Below are positions 18,057 through 28,000 of a DNA stretch of 64,000 bases, one piece after another. Source of the DNA: Phycisphaerales bacterium. GTDB taxonomy: Bacteria > Planctomycetota > Phycisphaerae > Phycisphaerales > UBA1924. The stretch spans positions 384,001 through 448,000 of the forward strand of contig OZ245777.1 in assembly GCA_965227775.1 (NCBI GenBank), given 5' to 3'. The notes under the pieces are model-generated. The model worked only from the letters and a program-made list of their open reading frames with translations. It did not search any database and had not been told where the DNA came from. A program made the position numbers and the translations under genes. How positions within the stretch are numbered: the stretch's first letter is position 1; each line of letters begins with the position of its first letter.

Positions 18057-19619
18057 ATGATCCCAACCCCACATGACGAAGTCGTCCTGATCGTCGACTT
18101 CGGCTCGCAGACGGCCCAGCTCATCGCCCGCCGCTGTCGCGAGCTCGGCGTGTGCGCCGTGATGGTCTCGCCCAAGGCCACCGCGGCCGAATTGGCCGAG
18201 GCGAACCCGAAGGCCATCATCCTCTCGGGCGGTCCGGCCAGCATCGAAGACGACGGCGCGCCCGCGCTCGCCGAAGGCATCCTGGACATGGGTCTGCCGG
18301 TGCTTGGCATCTGCTACGGCATGCAGATTGGCTGCCACCGGCTGGGCGCACACGTCGAGAAGGCCGACCATCGTGAGTTCGGGCGCGCGGCGCTCGAGGT
18401 CGCCGACGGCAGCGGCCTCCTTGGAGCCATCCCGAGCAAGACGACCGTGTGGATGTCGCACGGCGATCAGATCAGCGAGCTCAAGAGCCACGGGTTCAAG
18501 ATCCTCGCGCGCACCCCAACGTGCCCCGCGGCCGCCGTCGCCCACGTGCAGGACGGCGTGCGGTTCTATGGCGTGCAGTTTCACCCCGAGGTGACGCACA
18601 CGCCGCACGGCATCGACATCCTGCGAAACTTCCTGTTCGAGATCTCCGGCTGCAAGGGCACGTGGCGGATGGCCGACTTTGCGCAAGCCCAGCAGGAACG
18701 CATCGCGGAGGTCGTCGGCGACCAGCGGGTGATCTGCGGGCTCTCGGGCGGGGTCGACTCGGCCGTGTGCGCCGCGCTGCTGCACAAGTCGATCGGCGAT
18801 CGGCTGACGTGCGTCTTCGTCGACACGGGCTTGCTTCGCAAGAAGGAGCGCGAGCTGGTCGAGACGACGTTCCGCGACCACTTCGACGCCGACCTGCGCG
18901 TCGTCGATGCGGCCGACGACTTCCTTGGCGACCTCGCGGGCGTGACCGATCCGCAGGAGAAGCGGCGGCTCATCGGCCATCGGTTCATCGAGGTGTTCAA
19001 GGACACCGCCAAGGACATCCCGGGCGCGACGGTGCTTGCGCAGGGCACGCTGTACCCCGACGTCATCGAGAGCGGCCAGGGCCACGGCGGCGTGTCGGCC
19101 ACCATCAAGCTGCACCACAACGTTGGCGGCCTGCCCGCCGAACTCGGCTTCGCACTGGTCGAGCCCTTACGAGACCTCTTCAAGGACGAGGTTCGCACGC
19201 TTGGCGAAGTGCTGGGCCTACCGAGCCAAATGGTCTGGCGGCACCCCTTCCCCGGCCCGGGTCTGGCGGTACGCGTGCTGGGCGAGGTGACGCGCGACAA
19301 GCTCGCCGTGCTGCGAGAGTGCGACGAGATCCTGCTCGAGGAGATCATCTCGGCCCAGCTCTACCGGCAGACCAGTCAGGTCTTCGCCGTGCTGCTGCCC
19401 GTGCAGAGCGTTGGCGTGATGGGCGACGGCCGCACGTACGAGAACGCCGTCGCGATCCGCGCCGTCGAGAGCGAGGACTTCATGACCGCCGACTGGGCGC
19501 GCCTGCCCTACGACGTGCTGGGCCGCATCAGCAACCGCATCATCAACGAGGTCCGCGGCGTGAACCGCGTTGTCTACGACATCTCGAGCAAGCCGCCCGC
19601 GACGATCGAGTGGGAGTAA
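18057..19619 (+). CDS. guaA: GMP synthase (glutamine-hydrolysing)
   Basis: [44 protein letters not shown]. Confidence 0.98.
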   Translation: MIPTPHDEVVLIVDFGSQTAQLIARRCRELGVCAVMVSPKATAAELAEANPKAIILSGGPASIEDDGAPALAEGILDMGLPVLGICYGMQIGCHRLGAHVEKADHREFGRAALEVADGSGLLGAIPSKTTVWMSHGDQISELKSHGFKILARTPTCPAAAVAHVQDGVRFYGVQFHPEVTHTPHGIDILRNFLFEISGCKGTWRMADFAQAQQERIAEVVGDQRVICGLSGGVDSAVCAALLHKSIGDRLTCVFVDTGLLRKKERELVETTFRDHFDADLRVVDAADDFLGDLAGVTDPQEKRRLIGHRFIEVFKDTAKDIPGATVLAQGTLYPDVIESGQGHGGVSATIKLHHNVGGLPAELGFALVEPLRDLFKDEVRTLGEVLGLPSQMVWRHPFPGPGLAVRVLGEVTRDKLAVLRECDEILLEEIISAQLYRQTSQVFAVLLPVQSVGVMGDGRTYENAVAIRAVESEDFMTADWARLPYDVLGRISNRIINEVRGVNRVVYDISSKPPATIEWE

Positions 19620-19621
19620 GC

Positions 19622-19658
19622 AAAAAAAACGGGCCCGCGCCTTGGGGACGCGGGCCCG
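19622..19658 (-). terminator. Intrinsic terminator downstream of the FG-rich gene (possibly bidirectional with guaA)
   Basis: 10-bp stem cgggcccgcg/cgcgggcccg with an A8 tract on its left (U8 on the minus strand). Confidence 0.8.
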
Positions 19659-19684
19659 CTTGAAGAAGAAGACTTGGTCATTGA

Positions 19685-20878
19685 TCAGGCGGCGTCGCGC
19701 TGGCTCACGTTGATCGTGGTGCCGGCGGCGTTACGCAGCTCGCTGGGGTTGCCGTGCGAGCCCTGGGCCTGGAAGCCCGTGGGGTACGCGGCCTGGAAGA
19801 TGGGCTGGCCGGTGAACAGGTTGGGCGTGTTGCCGGTGATCGGGCCGTTCCAGCCCTGACCGACGAACTGGCCGCCAACGGGGCTGGCGAATTGGCCGGC
19901 GACGAGCTGCGCGGGCAGCGTGCCGTAGGTGCCGATGCCGGTGGGCGCAAAGCCGGTCTGGCCGAGGCCGAAGCTGGTGTTCAGGGCCGGGTTCGGCGTC
20001 GTGCCGTTGAAGCCGGTGCTCGGGCCGGTGCCGGTGCTGACCGGGGTGCTGCTCGAGTAGCCGTGCACGTTCTGGCCATTCAGGCCGCTGGTGCCAGTGC
20101 TCACGCCGCCAAAGCCCGTGGTCTGGCCGATGGGCGAGGTGAAGGGAACGCCGGTGTGAGCGGTGAGGCCCGAGCTGATCGGCGAGAAACCGCTCGGGAT
20201 TGGCTGGTTCCAGCTACCGCCGAGGGGTGAAACAAAGTTGCTGGTGATCGGCGAGAAGCCGGTGAAGCCGGTGTTCCAGCCATTCTGGAAGCCGAAGGGG
20301 CTGCTAAACGAGCCGCCGAAGGGCGTGCCACCGAACTGGCCGAAGCTGCCAAAGGGCAGGCCGAACGAACCGGCGAAGGGCGTCGAGAACTGGCTGGTGA
20401 ACGAGCTCGGGAAGCCGCCGAAACGACCACCGAAGATCGACCAATCGCTCTGGGGCTGGCCGCCGAAGCTGCCAGCAAAGCTGCTGCCGAAGGGCGTGCT
20501 GAACGGCGAGAAGCCGCCGAAGGGCAGCTGGCCGAACGAGTTGAAGCCGAAGGACGTGGTGTCGAACGGCGTGCCGCCAAAGGGCGCGAAGCCAAAGGGG
20601 CTCACGGGCGGGGTGAACTGTCCGCCAAAGCCCTGGTTCCAGATGGGCTGGCCGAAGCCGAAGCCGTTCACCGGCGTGGTGAAGGGGCTGAAGCCGCCGA
20701 AGGGCGCGTTGAACGGAGTTCCAAAGCTGTTCGAGAAGCTGTTCGTAAACATGGGGGTCCCAATCTGGCCGAAGCCGCTGGCGAACGGGGTGCTAAACGG
20801 AGACGAGAAGGACGGGGTAATCGGGGCGCCGAAACCAAACGGGGTCGTTGCGAACGAGTTGTTGATCAAGCTGTTCAT
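19685..20878 (-). CDS. FG-repeat, F/G/S/T/P-rich low-complexity protein (397 aa)
   Basis: Open frame with GC-rich third positions (TTC GGC...), SD-like CAGGAG, upstream promoter and downstream terminator; about 25 FG dipeptides, 7 charged residues, no Lys. Confidence 0.85.
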   Translation of the reverse strand: MNSLINNSFATTPFGFGAPITPSFSSPFSTPFASGFGQIGTPMFTNSFSNSFGTPFNAPFGGFSPFTTPVNGFGFGQPIWNQGFGGQFTPPVSPFGFAPFGGTPFDTTSFGFNSFGQLPFGGFSPFSTPFGSSFAGSFGGQPQSDWSIFGGRFGGFPSSFTSQFSTPFAGSFGLPFGSFGQFGGTPFGGSFSSPFGFQNGWNTGFTGFSPITSNFVSPLGGSWNQPIPSGFSPISSGLTAHTGVPFTSPIGQTTGFGGVSTGTSGLNGQNVHGYSSSTPVSTGTGPSTGFNGTTPNPALNTSFGLGQTGFAPTGIGTYGTLPAQLVAGQFASPVGGQFVGQGWNGPITGNTPNLFTGQPIFQAAYPTGFQAQGSHGNPSELRNAAGTTINVSQRDAA

Positions 20879-21048
20879 GCGGGTGATGCTCCTGCTTTCC
20901 GTGAGGCCGCGCGACATCGCTGACGCCCGGCCGAGCCCTCCGTCGAGCGCGCGACCATCGCGCACCCCCACACCGGGGCCCATGCCTTGGATCTGAACGT
21001 TCCTTCGTGGACTGCGAGCCGGCGTCCGTGCCCTGACTCGCACTCCTT

Positions 21049-21076
21049 GTTTCGGCAGCACAGCCCGCCGGCTTTG
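21049..21076 (-). promoter_or_regulatory. Sigma-28-like promoter of the FG-rich gene
   Basis: Minus strand CAAAG-N15-GCCGAAAC. Confidence 0.55.
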
Positions 21077-21447
21077 CCCGATCCATAGAAACCGCACGAA
21101 ATTCCATTCACGCGCAGGATTCGCCGGTCAAAGTGCCACCCGACCCGAGCGAATCCGCCGTACTTCCACCCATCGCGGAACAAACGAGGGCCGCCCCGCG
21201 TCCAATCCTGCGGCGGCCTCGCCATCGACCGCCCCCCGCAACCGCTGCCCCACCCGCGTGGTATCAGATGGCGCCCACAACCGGCGGCCCGGAGCCGCCG
21301 ATACGATGGAGGGTGGCCCGCAAGCCGCTCCGCCCACATCGGGGCACACAGAGGGCTCTCGGGCGAGCCCGCCACGCCGGCACACGGACGCCCCGCTTTC
21401 GTCCGACCCGGCCCGCCCAGTAGCCCGTCCGATAAAGGAGGCACCAC

Positions 21448-22389
21448 ATGCGTCGCCTGACTTCGAAGTTCACCGCTCCCGCCATCGGCCTCAGTGCGCT
21501 GCTCGCCGCTTCGGCAGCCGCCCAGCAGAGCCCCACCGGCACGACCTCTACCCGAGAGGCGGGCGCTCCGGCACAAGTGACCGCTGGCGCTCGGCCCGAG
21601 CGTGTGACCCTCGCCCGCATGATGACGCCGCTGACGGCCGACTTCCAAGACCAGCCGCTGCAGGACGTGATGAACTACATCGTGCAGCAGACCGGGGCCA
21701 ACCTGGAGATCTTCTGGCTCGACGAGCGCACCGGCACGGGCCTGGACCCCGAGCAGACGATCACCCTGAAGGTCGAGAACCTGCCGGCCATCACCGTGCT
21801 CGAGCGCGTGCTCGCCAAGGCCGAAGACGCCTTCGGTAGCGGCAACAACTGGCAGCTGACCGAGTGGGGCGAGATGCAGGTGGGCCCGACCACGCGCCTG
21901 AACCGTTTCAACCGTACCGAGATCTACGACATCAACGATCTGCTGCTCGTGCTGCCCGAGTACCCCGAGGTTCCCGAGATCGACCTGCAGCAGGCCTTGC
22001 AGAGCAGCCAGGGCGGCGGCGGGCAGAGCCCCTTCTCCGACCAGGGCGATAGCGAGATCGACGAAGAGCCCATCGAGGACCGCGCCGAGGAGATCATCAG
22101 CCTTATCGAGGATCTCGTCGAGCCCGACCACTGGATCGAGAACTCGCGGGCATCGATCCGCTACTTCAAGGGCACGCTCATCGTGCGGGCGCCCGACTAC
22201 GTACACCGCGGCATCGTCGGCTACACTTACTGGCCAACGCGTCGCATCAGCGCGGTCGTCGAGGGGCGCCGGTACGTCACCATGGGCGTCGACACCGGCA
22301 TCTCGACCATCGACGGCTTCGGCCAGCAACCCGTCAGCGCGGTTGTCGGCGGCCGGATCATCTCGAGCGGCCCCGGTGGCGGCGGCTAA
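21448..22389 (+). CDS. Exported protein with secretin-like N-terminal (STN/N-domain) modules
   Basis: Signal peptide; FQDQPLQDVMNYI...ITLKVENLPAITVLERVL; EIYDINDLL; LIEDLVEPDHW...GTLIVRAPDYVHRGI; SD AAGGAGG. Confidence 0.7.
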   Translation: MRRLTSKFTAPAIGLSALLAASAAAQQSPTGTTSTREAGAPAQVTAGARPERVTLARMMTPLTADFQDQPLQDVMNYIVQQTGANLEIFWLDERTGTGLDPEQTITLKVENLPAITVLERVLAKAEDAFGSGNNWQLTEWGEMQVGPTTRLNRFNRTEIYDINDLLLVLPEYPEVPEIDLQQALQSSQGGGGQSPFSDQGDSEIDEEPIEDRAEEIISLIEDLVEPDHWIENSRASIRYFKGTLIVRAPDYVHRGIVGYTYWPTRRISAVVEGRRYVTMGVDTGISTIDGFGQQPVSAVVGGRIISSGPGGGG

Positions 22390-22451
22390 GGCCCCACCAC
22401 AACTCGGATCGCAACAAGTCTGACACGTAGGCTCTGCCAAGGAGATCATCC

Positions 22452-22889
22452 ATGGCAGAGCCTCGCGTCGTTCGGGTCAGCATCGGCAAGGACCACTACC
22501 ACACCGATATCACCGCCGGCGGGCACACGATGGTGGCCGACGAGCCCGAGGGCGTTGGCGGGACGGACCACGGACCGGACCCCTACGCGCTGCTGCTCGC
22601 AGCCGTCGGCGCGTGCAAGGCGATCACTGTTCGCATGTACGCCGATCGCAAGCAGTGGCCGCTCGAGCGGCTCGAGCTCGACCTGTCGCACGACCGGGTG
22701 CACACCAAGGACTGTGAAGACTGCGAGCAGGAAGACGGCGTGATCAGCGTCATCGACTGCCGACTACGCGCAATCGGTGACCTGAGTGATGAGCAGCGGG
22801 GCCGGCTGGTCGAGATCGCCAACATGTGCCCCGTGCACAAGACCATCGACGGGCCGAACCACCTGCGGACAACACTCATCAACGAGTAG
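22452..22889 (+). CDS. OsmC-family protein
   Basis: ADEP..GGTDHGPDPYALLLAAVGAC...RMYADRKQWPL, IANMCPVHKT. Confidence 0.92.
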   Translation: MAEPRVVRVSIGKDHYHTDITAGGHTMVADEPEGVGGTDHGPDPYALLLAAVGACKAITVRMYADRKQWPLERLELDLSHDRVHTKDCEDCEQEDGVISVIDCRLRAIGDLSDEQRGRLVEIANMCPVHKTIDGPNHLRTTLINE

Positions 22890-22892
22890 GAA

Positions 22893-24044
22893 TCAGCCGT
22901 CGGTCGGCTGTTCGAGCGTGGGCTGCGGGGCGGTTTGCGGCTGCGGCGGGTTGTGCCAGAGCGCGAGGTAGACCCACACGCACGTCGCAAGAAAGGCCTG
23001 CACCAGCGCGACCCAACCGACGATCTGCTTGAGCTGCGGCTTGCCATCGAGCGGCGTGCTGGCGCGGCGGGCGCCGGCGACCATCGCGGTGCCCGTCCGG
23101 CTCGCGGCACGCACCACAACCGGCTTCGCAACAACGAGCGCCCGCTCGGCAGCCGCCCGCCACTTGGGCTTATCGACCACGGGAACCACCGCCGCAGCGG
23201 GTGTGGCCGCGGGTGGCTCAGGCTTCGTCTCGGGCTGGGGCGTTGGCTCGGGTGTGGACGCGGGTGCCGGCTCCGACGCTGCGGCCTCGATGGGCTGCGC
23301 CTCGATCTGCGGCTCGGGCGCCGGCGAGGGCAAGGTCGGCTCGGGCTCCGGCGCGGGCTCATCGGCTTCGAGCTGCGCATCGGCGAGCGCGGCGAGCTGC
23401 TCGTCGAGCTCGCCGATGAGTTCGGCCTCGTCGGTCGGCAGGTTGGACGTGCGCTCGGGCGGGGTAGACGGGGCAAGCAACTCCGCCTCGGCTGCCGAGT
23501 CTGTGTCGTCGTCGGGCAGCTCGACCGGGTCGGCAGACTCGTCGATGCCCATCTCGCCGACAGGGTCTTCGAACACGCCCGAGGCCAGCAGCGACTCAAG
23601 CTCTTCGTCGAGTTCTCGTTCGAGGTCGGCCGAAGCGACCGGCGCACCATCGATGTCGTCGCTCGCCGGTTTGGGCGCCTGCTGTTCGGGCTCGATGAGC
23701 AGCCCGTCGTCGAGCACGGGTTCGGCTTCGTCTTGCTGCTCTGCCAACTGCTCCGAGAGCTCTTCTGGCTGGGCCGCGTGGGCCTCAGGCTCAGTCGCCT
23801 GCGGTTCTTCGACCACCTGCTGTTCGGGCTCGTCCGTAGCCTGGACAGGTGCTGGCTCGGTCTTCGTAACTGCCTGTGGCTCGAGCGCAGGCTGCTTGGG
23901 CCTGGGGGGTGGCGGCGCGTCCTCATCGAGGGACGCACTCGCGCGCGCGACCTCCTGAGACGACTCTTCCAGCGCGTCGAGCAGGGCATCAAGGCGCTCG
24001 CCGATATCCTCAATCTTCGAGATGTCTTCGGCGTGGTGTGCCAT
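22893..24044 (-). CDS. Acidic Pro/Glu-rich disordered protein with one C-terminal TM helix
   Basis: E/D/P/A-rich body with short helical motifs (LDALLDALEE, ELDEELESLL, ELDEQLAALAD); IVGWVALVQAFLATCVWVYLALW. Confidence 0.8.
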   Translation of the reverse strand: MAHHAEDISKIEDIGERLDALLDALEESSQEVARASASLDEDAPPPPRPKQPALEPQAVTKTEPAPVQATDEPEQQVVEEPQATEPEAHAAQPEELSEQLAEQQDEAEPVLDDGLLIEPEQQAPKPASDDIDGAPVASADLERELDEELESLLASGVFEDPVGEMGIDESADPVELPDDDTDSAAEAELLAPSTPPERTSNLPTDEAELIGELDEQLAALADAQLEADEPAPEPEPTLPSPAPEPQIEAQPIEAAASEPAPASTPEPTPQPETKPEPPAATPAAAVVPVVDKPKWRAAAERALVVAKPVVVRAASRTGTAMVAGARRASTPLDGKPQLKQIVGWVALVQAFLATCVWVYLALWHNPPQPQTAPQPTLEQPTDG

Positions 24045-24056
24045 GGGCCGCTGCGT

Positions 24057-24084
24057 TCATCGACCGAATCTGACCGCGACTGAA
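24057..24084 (-). promoter_or_regulatory. Possible sigma-28-like promoter
   Basis: Minus strand TTCAG-N15-GTCGATGA, 12 nt before ATG 24044; a weaker match than the other three copies. Confidence 0.4.
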
Positions 24085-24167
24085 GATCTCGGACCTACGA
24101 AGCCTCCGTCCGAGAACCTGCCATCAACCCTAGTAGGCCCAGCGCCAGCCCAGCACCGAGCCACACC

Positions 24168-24899
24168 ATGCACCACGTCATCGTCGATCAACTCGATCCA
24201 GACCAGGCCGAGGTGGCCATTGAAGGAGAGCAGGCCCGGCACGCCGTCCGAGTCCGGCGGATGGAGCCGGGCGAGCGGCTGGTCTTGATGGACGGCGCCG
24301 GCGGGATGGCCGAGGCGGTTGTTGAAGGTTCCGATAAGAATGGGCTAGATTCTTCGTGGCGATTGCTGGTCAGGATCGCCGAACACCGCCGCCTGCCGCG
24401 GCCCAATCCCGCCGTCCACCTGCTCTGCCCGGCCCCCAAGGGCGACCTCCTCGAGACCATGATCGATCAGCTCAGCCAGGTCGGGGCGGCCAGCTGGCGA
24501 CCGCTCGATACCGAGCGCACCGAGCGTGAGCCGCGGCAGGGCAAGATCGATCGGCTCGTCCGCATTACCCACGAGGCGGCCAAGCAGTGTGGGCGGCCGT
24601 GGTTCTTGGACATCGGCACAGGGATTCCCTTTGGGGAGGCCGTACGCCTGCCTGGCGCCGTGATGGCGAGCGCCCATGGAGAGCCGGCAGGGGATGTCCT
24701 TGATCGATTGGCGGCGGGCTCCCCCTCGGAGGACATCCACGTGCTCGTCGGCCCGGAGGGCGGTTTTTCGGATCGTGAGCGAAGCTTGGCGGCCGAAGCC
24801 GGGTTGCCATCGGTGGCCCTGGGGCCCCACGTCCTGCGGATCGGGACGGCCGCAGTGGTCGCGGCGGGCGCGTTCGTGCGGGCAAGCTCGCACCCGTGA
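24168..24899 (+). CDS. rsmE: 16S rRNA m3U1498 methyltransferase
   Basis: HAVRVRR, EAAKQCGR, VGPEGGFS, LGPHVLR. Confidence 0.93.
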   Translation: MHHVIVDQLDPDQAEVAIEGEQARHAVRVRRMEPGERLVLMDGAGGMAEAVVEGSDKNGLDSSWRLLVRIAEHRRLPRPNPAVHLLCPAPKGDLLETMIDQLSQVGAASWRPLDTERTEREPRQGKIDRLVRITHEAAKQCGRPWFLDIGTGIPFGEAVRLPGAVMASAHGEPAGDVLDRLAAGSPSEDIHVLVGPEGGFSDRERSLAAEAGLPSVALGPHVLRIGTAAVVAAGAFVRASSHP

Positions 24900-25040
24900 C
24901 CGTCCGGTGACGTTCGTTTGGGAACGTCGGGCCGCGCTGGACGTATCCCTGATGGGCGGCGGGCCTGTCAGGCACGCGCGGATTGAACCGATAGCCTCAT
25001 CGAGCGAACGCCGCCGATTCTCAGGATGGGAGCCCGAGCC

Positions 25041-28000
25041 ATGGCCAGCACGCACACCGGACACGCCAGCGCCAAGCGATTGCTCGGACGGCTGACGCGC
25101 ATCAGACGCCAGGCGAAAGTGCTGCTGGTGTCTCGCCGGCTCGGGTGGGCGCTCGCGGGCGTCATCGGAGGGCTGGCGCTGGTCGCGCTGCTCGACTATG
25201 CGGTGCGTCTGCCGAGCTGGGTGCGCTACGCAGCGCTGTTCGGGGCCATCGCCGCGATCGCCTGGGCCCTTGCCAAGCTCGTGTTGCCCGCACTGCGGAT
25301 GCATCCAAGCCTGACCGACCTCGCGCTCCGCCTGGAAAACGGCCGCCCAGAGCTGAAGGGCCGGCTCGCGTCGGCCACCGACCTTGCGAAGGCCGGCTCG
25401 CTCGACGCTCGATACGAGCCGCTGATCGACAATCTCTCGCGCGACGCGTTTCCCGACATGATGAAGCGGCCGCCGACGCTGCGAGCGGGTGGCGTGTTCG
25501 TGCTGGTCGCAGGTTCGATCGCAACATTCTGGATTGCGCGCCCGGAACCGGCTGTGCTTGGCGCCGAGCGCGTGCTCGCGCCGTGGACTGGCATCAAGTG
25601 GCCGTCGCGTACGGCGGTCGAGCTTGCCGGAATGCCGGCGTATCACCCGCTCGGCGATCCGATCGCGATCCGCGGAGAGCTAACGCGTACCGATCGGCCC
25701 GTGGGACGCACGCGTGTTGAAGCCTGGTACACGCTCGATGGTGGTGCGCCGCAGCGGCTTGCACTCACCAGCCAGGGCGCGCCCACGGATGGCGATAGCC
25801 CGGAAGTCTACGAGCGGCTGGTCAACCCGGCGGCCGAGGCACTGCGACAAACCCAGCGCGTGACGATGGAGCTATGGCTGCAGACGCGTGACGATCGGAC
25901 CGAGACGACGACCGTCGAGCTCGTGCGCCCACCGAGGGTGATCCGCGCAAGCGCGCTCGTTGAGCCGCCGGCGTACGCCGAGCGCGCGTCGAGCGCCCGC
26001 GTGCTGGGCCTCGGCGAGCGACGCGATCGCGTGCCGCTGGCGATGGGCGGCGAGGACACCGCGGTGCTCGGGCCGGTGCTGGCCGGTTCGACCGTCGAGT
26101 TCGACCTGCGATTCAGCACCGCTGCAGCTCCTGAGCTCTCGGTCGACGCCACCGACGAAACTGGCGAACGCGTGACCTCGAGCATCGAGCCGATGGCCGA
26201 TGGACTGGGCGCGATTGTCCGCGTCGGCGCTGAGATCCCGGCGTTGCTGTCGATCGAGCTGCGCGACGAGCTCGGCATCCCTTCGACGCGGCCGTTGGTG
26301 ATTGCCCTCGACGTGCTGGCCGACGCCGACCCGACAGCGGCCGTGCTCGAGCCGGCACAGGACGAGTCGGTGCTGCCCACCGCAACGCTCGCGATGGTTG
26401 GCGAGGGTCGCGACGACTTTGGGCTGGTGTCGGTCGAGCTGCTCGCCCAGCGCGCGACACCACCGGCCGGTAGCCAGGGGGCGCCGCCCGAGCCCGTGGG
26501 CGAGATCGTCACGCTCGCAACGTGGGGCGACGAGACCGCACCGCTGGAGGCACGCGCCGCCGCGGTTGTCGAGCTGGCAGACTTCGACTTGACGCCCGGC
26601 GATGAGCTGCTCGTGCACGCGCTCGCGATGGACCTGCGTCGCGGCGAGCCGACCGAGTCGGCCATTCGACGCCTGCGCATCATCGGTGAGACCGAGCTCG
26701 TCGAGCAATTGCGCGCGGAGATGTCGGCCGTGCGCGAGAGCGCCAAGCGGCTCGACCGCACCCAGCGGGATGTGCTCGACGAGGCCGCCCAGCTGGGCGA
26801 GGCGAGGGCATCGCAAGACGACGCCGAGCTTGCGCGCGAGCAGGGTGACCTGACAAGCCAACTCTCGCGGCAGGCCGAAACGGTGCGCGAGATCGCGGAC
26901 CGCATGGAGCGCAACGCGCTCGACGACGAAGCACTCGCCGAACTCTTGCGGATGGCAAGAGAGCATCTGAACGCCGCGGCCGAGCAATCGGACCGGGCAC
27001 AGGCATCACTTGGTGAATCGAGCGAGTCACAGGAAGCCGGCGAGCAGCAGCAGTCTCGCGACACTGCGCAGCGGGCGCAAGAACGCGTGCGCGACGAGTT
27101 GGGGGGATTGGTCGGCCTGCTCAGCCGCGACGAGGACGAGTGGCTCGCACGGCGTGACCTGGACCGGCTGATCGAGCAGCAGCGTGAATTGCAGGAGCAG
27201 ACGCGACAGGCCGAAGCCGAGAGCGCGGGTCGCTCGCTTGATGAGCTGACCCAGGAGGCGCGCTCGCGTGTCGAGCAGATCGCCCAGCGGCAGGCCGAGC
27301 TCGCGCGGCGTGCGCAGGACGCGATCGATCAACTTGCCGATCGGGCCGAGGCCATCGCCGAGAGCGATCCGGCCCGTGCCGAGACGCTGCGCGATGCGGC
27401 CCAGCGCGGGCGCGAGGGTGAGGCCCCACGCGAGATGCAGCAGGCCGCCCAGCAAGCCCAGCAGAATCAGATGTCGTCGGCCCAACAGAGCCAACAGCGT
27501 GCGCTCGACGCGCTCGAAGAGATGACCGATCGACTGGACGAGGCGGGGCAAGACCGGGATGCCGAGCTCCGCCGCGTGCTGGCCGAACTCTCTGCGGCTA
27601 TCGAGGCGTTGATCTCCCGGCAAACAGATGAGATCGCGCGGCTCGAGGTCGCGCAGGTGTCGCGGATGTTCGACGGGCTGGATCGCACGATGATCGGCAT
27701 CTCTCGCGACACGGCGGCGCTCGCCGAAGACCGCGCCTCGAGCGATGAGTCGCTCGCCGGGATTGCGCGAAAGTTACTCGACGCCGCCGAAGCGCAGGAC
27801 GCGGCGATCGTCGCGCTGCGTGCGCAGCCGATCGATGATACCGAGGCGCTCTTGCAAGAGCGTGCGAGTCTTGAGCGATTGGAATCGGCGCTTGAGGAAG
27901 CGCAGATGCTCGATCAGCAAGCGCAGCAGCGCGAATTGGAGCGGCAGCGGCGCGAGCTGCGCAAGGCGTATGCCGAAGCGCTGGCGGGCCAGGCGTCGCT

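Noticed and set aside
20163..20996. Plus-strand K/P-rich 277-aa ORF
   Set aside because: Antisense of the FG gene; the SD, promoter and terminator all support the minus strand.
21049..21085. c-di-GMP-I riboswitch suggested by GGGCAAAGCC...GAAA
   Set aside because: The P2/P3 architecture is missing; the sequence is better explained as a sigma-28-like promoter.
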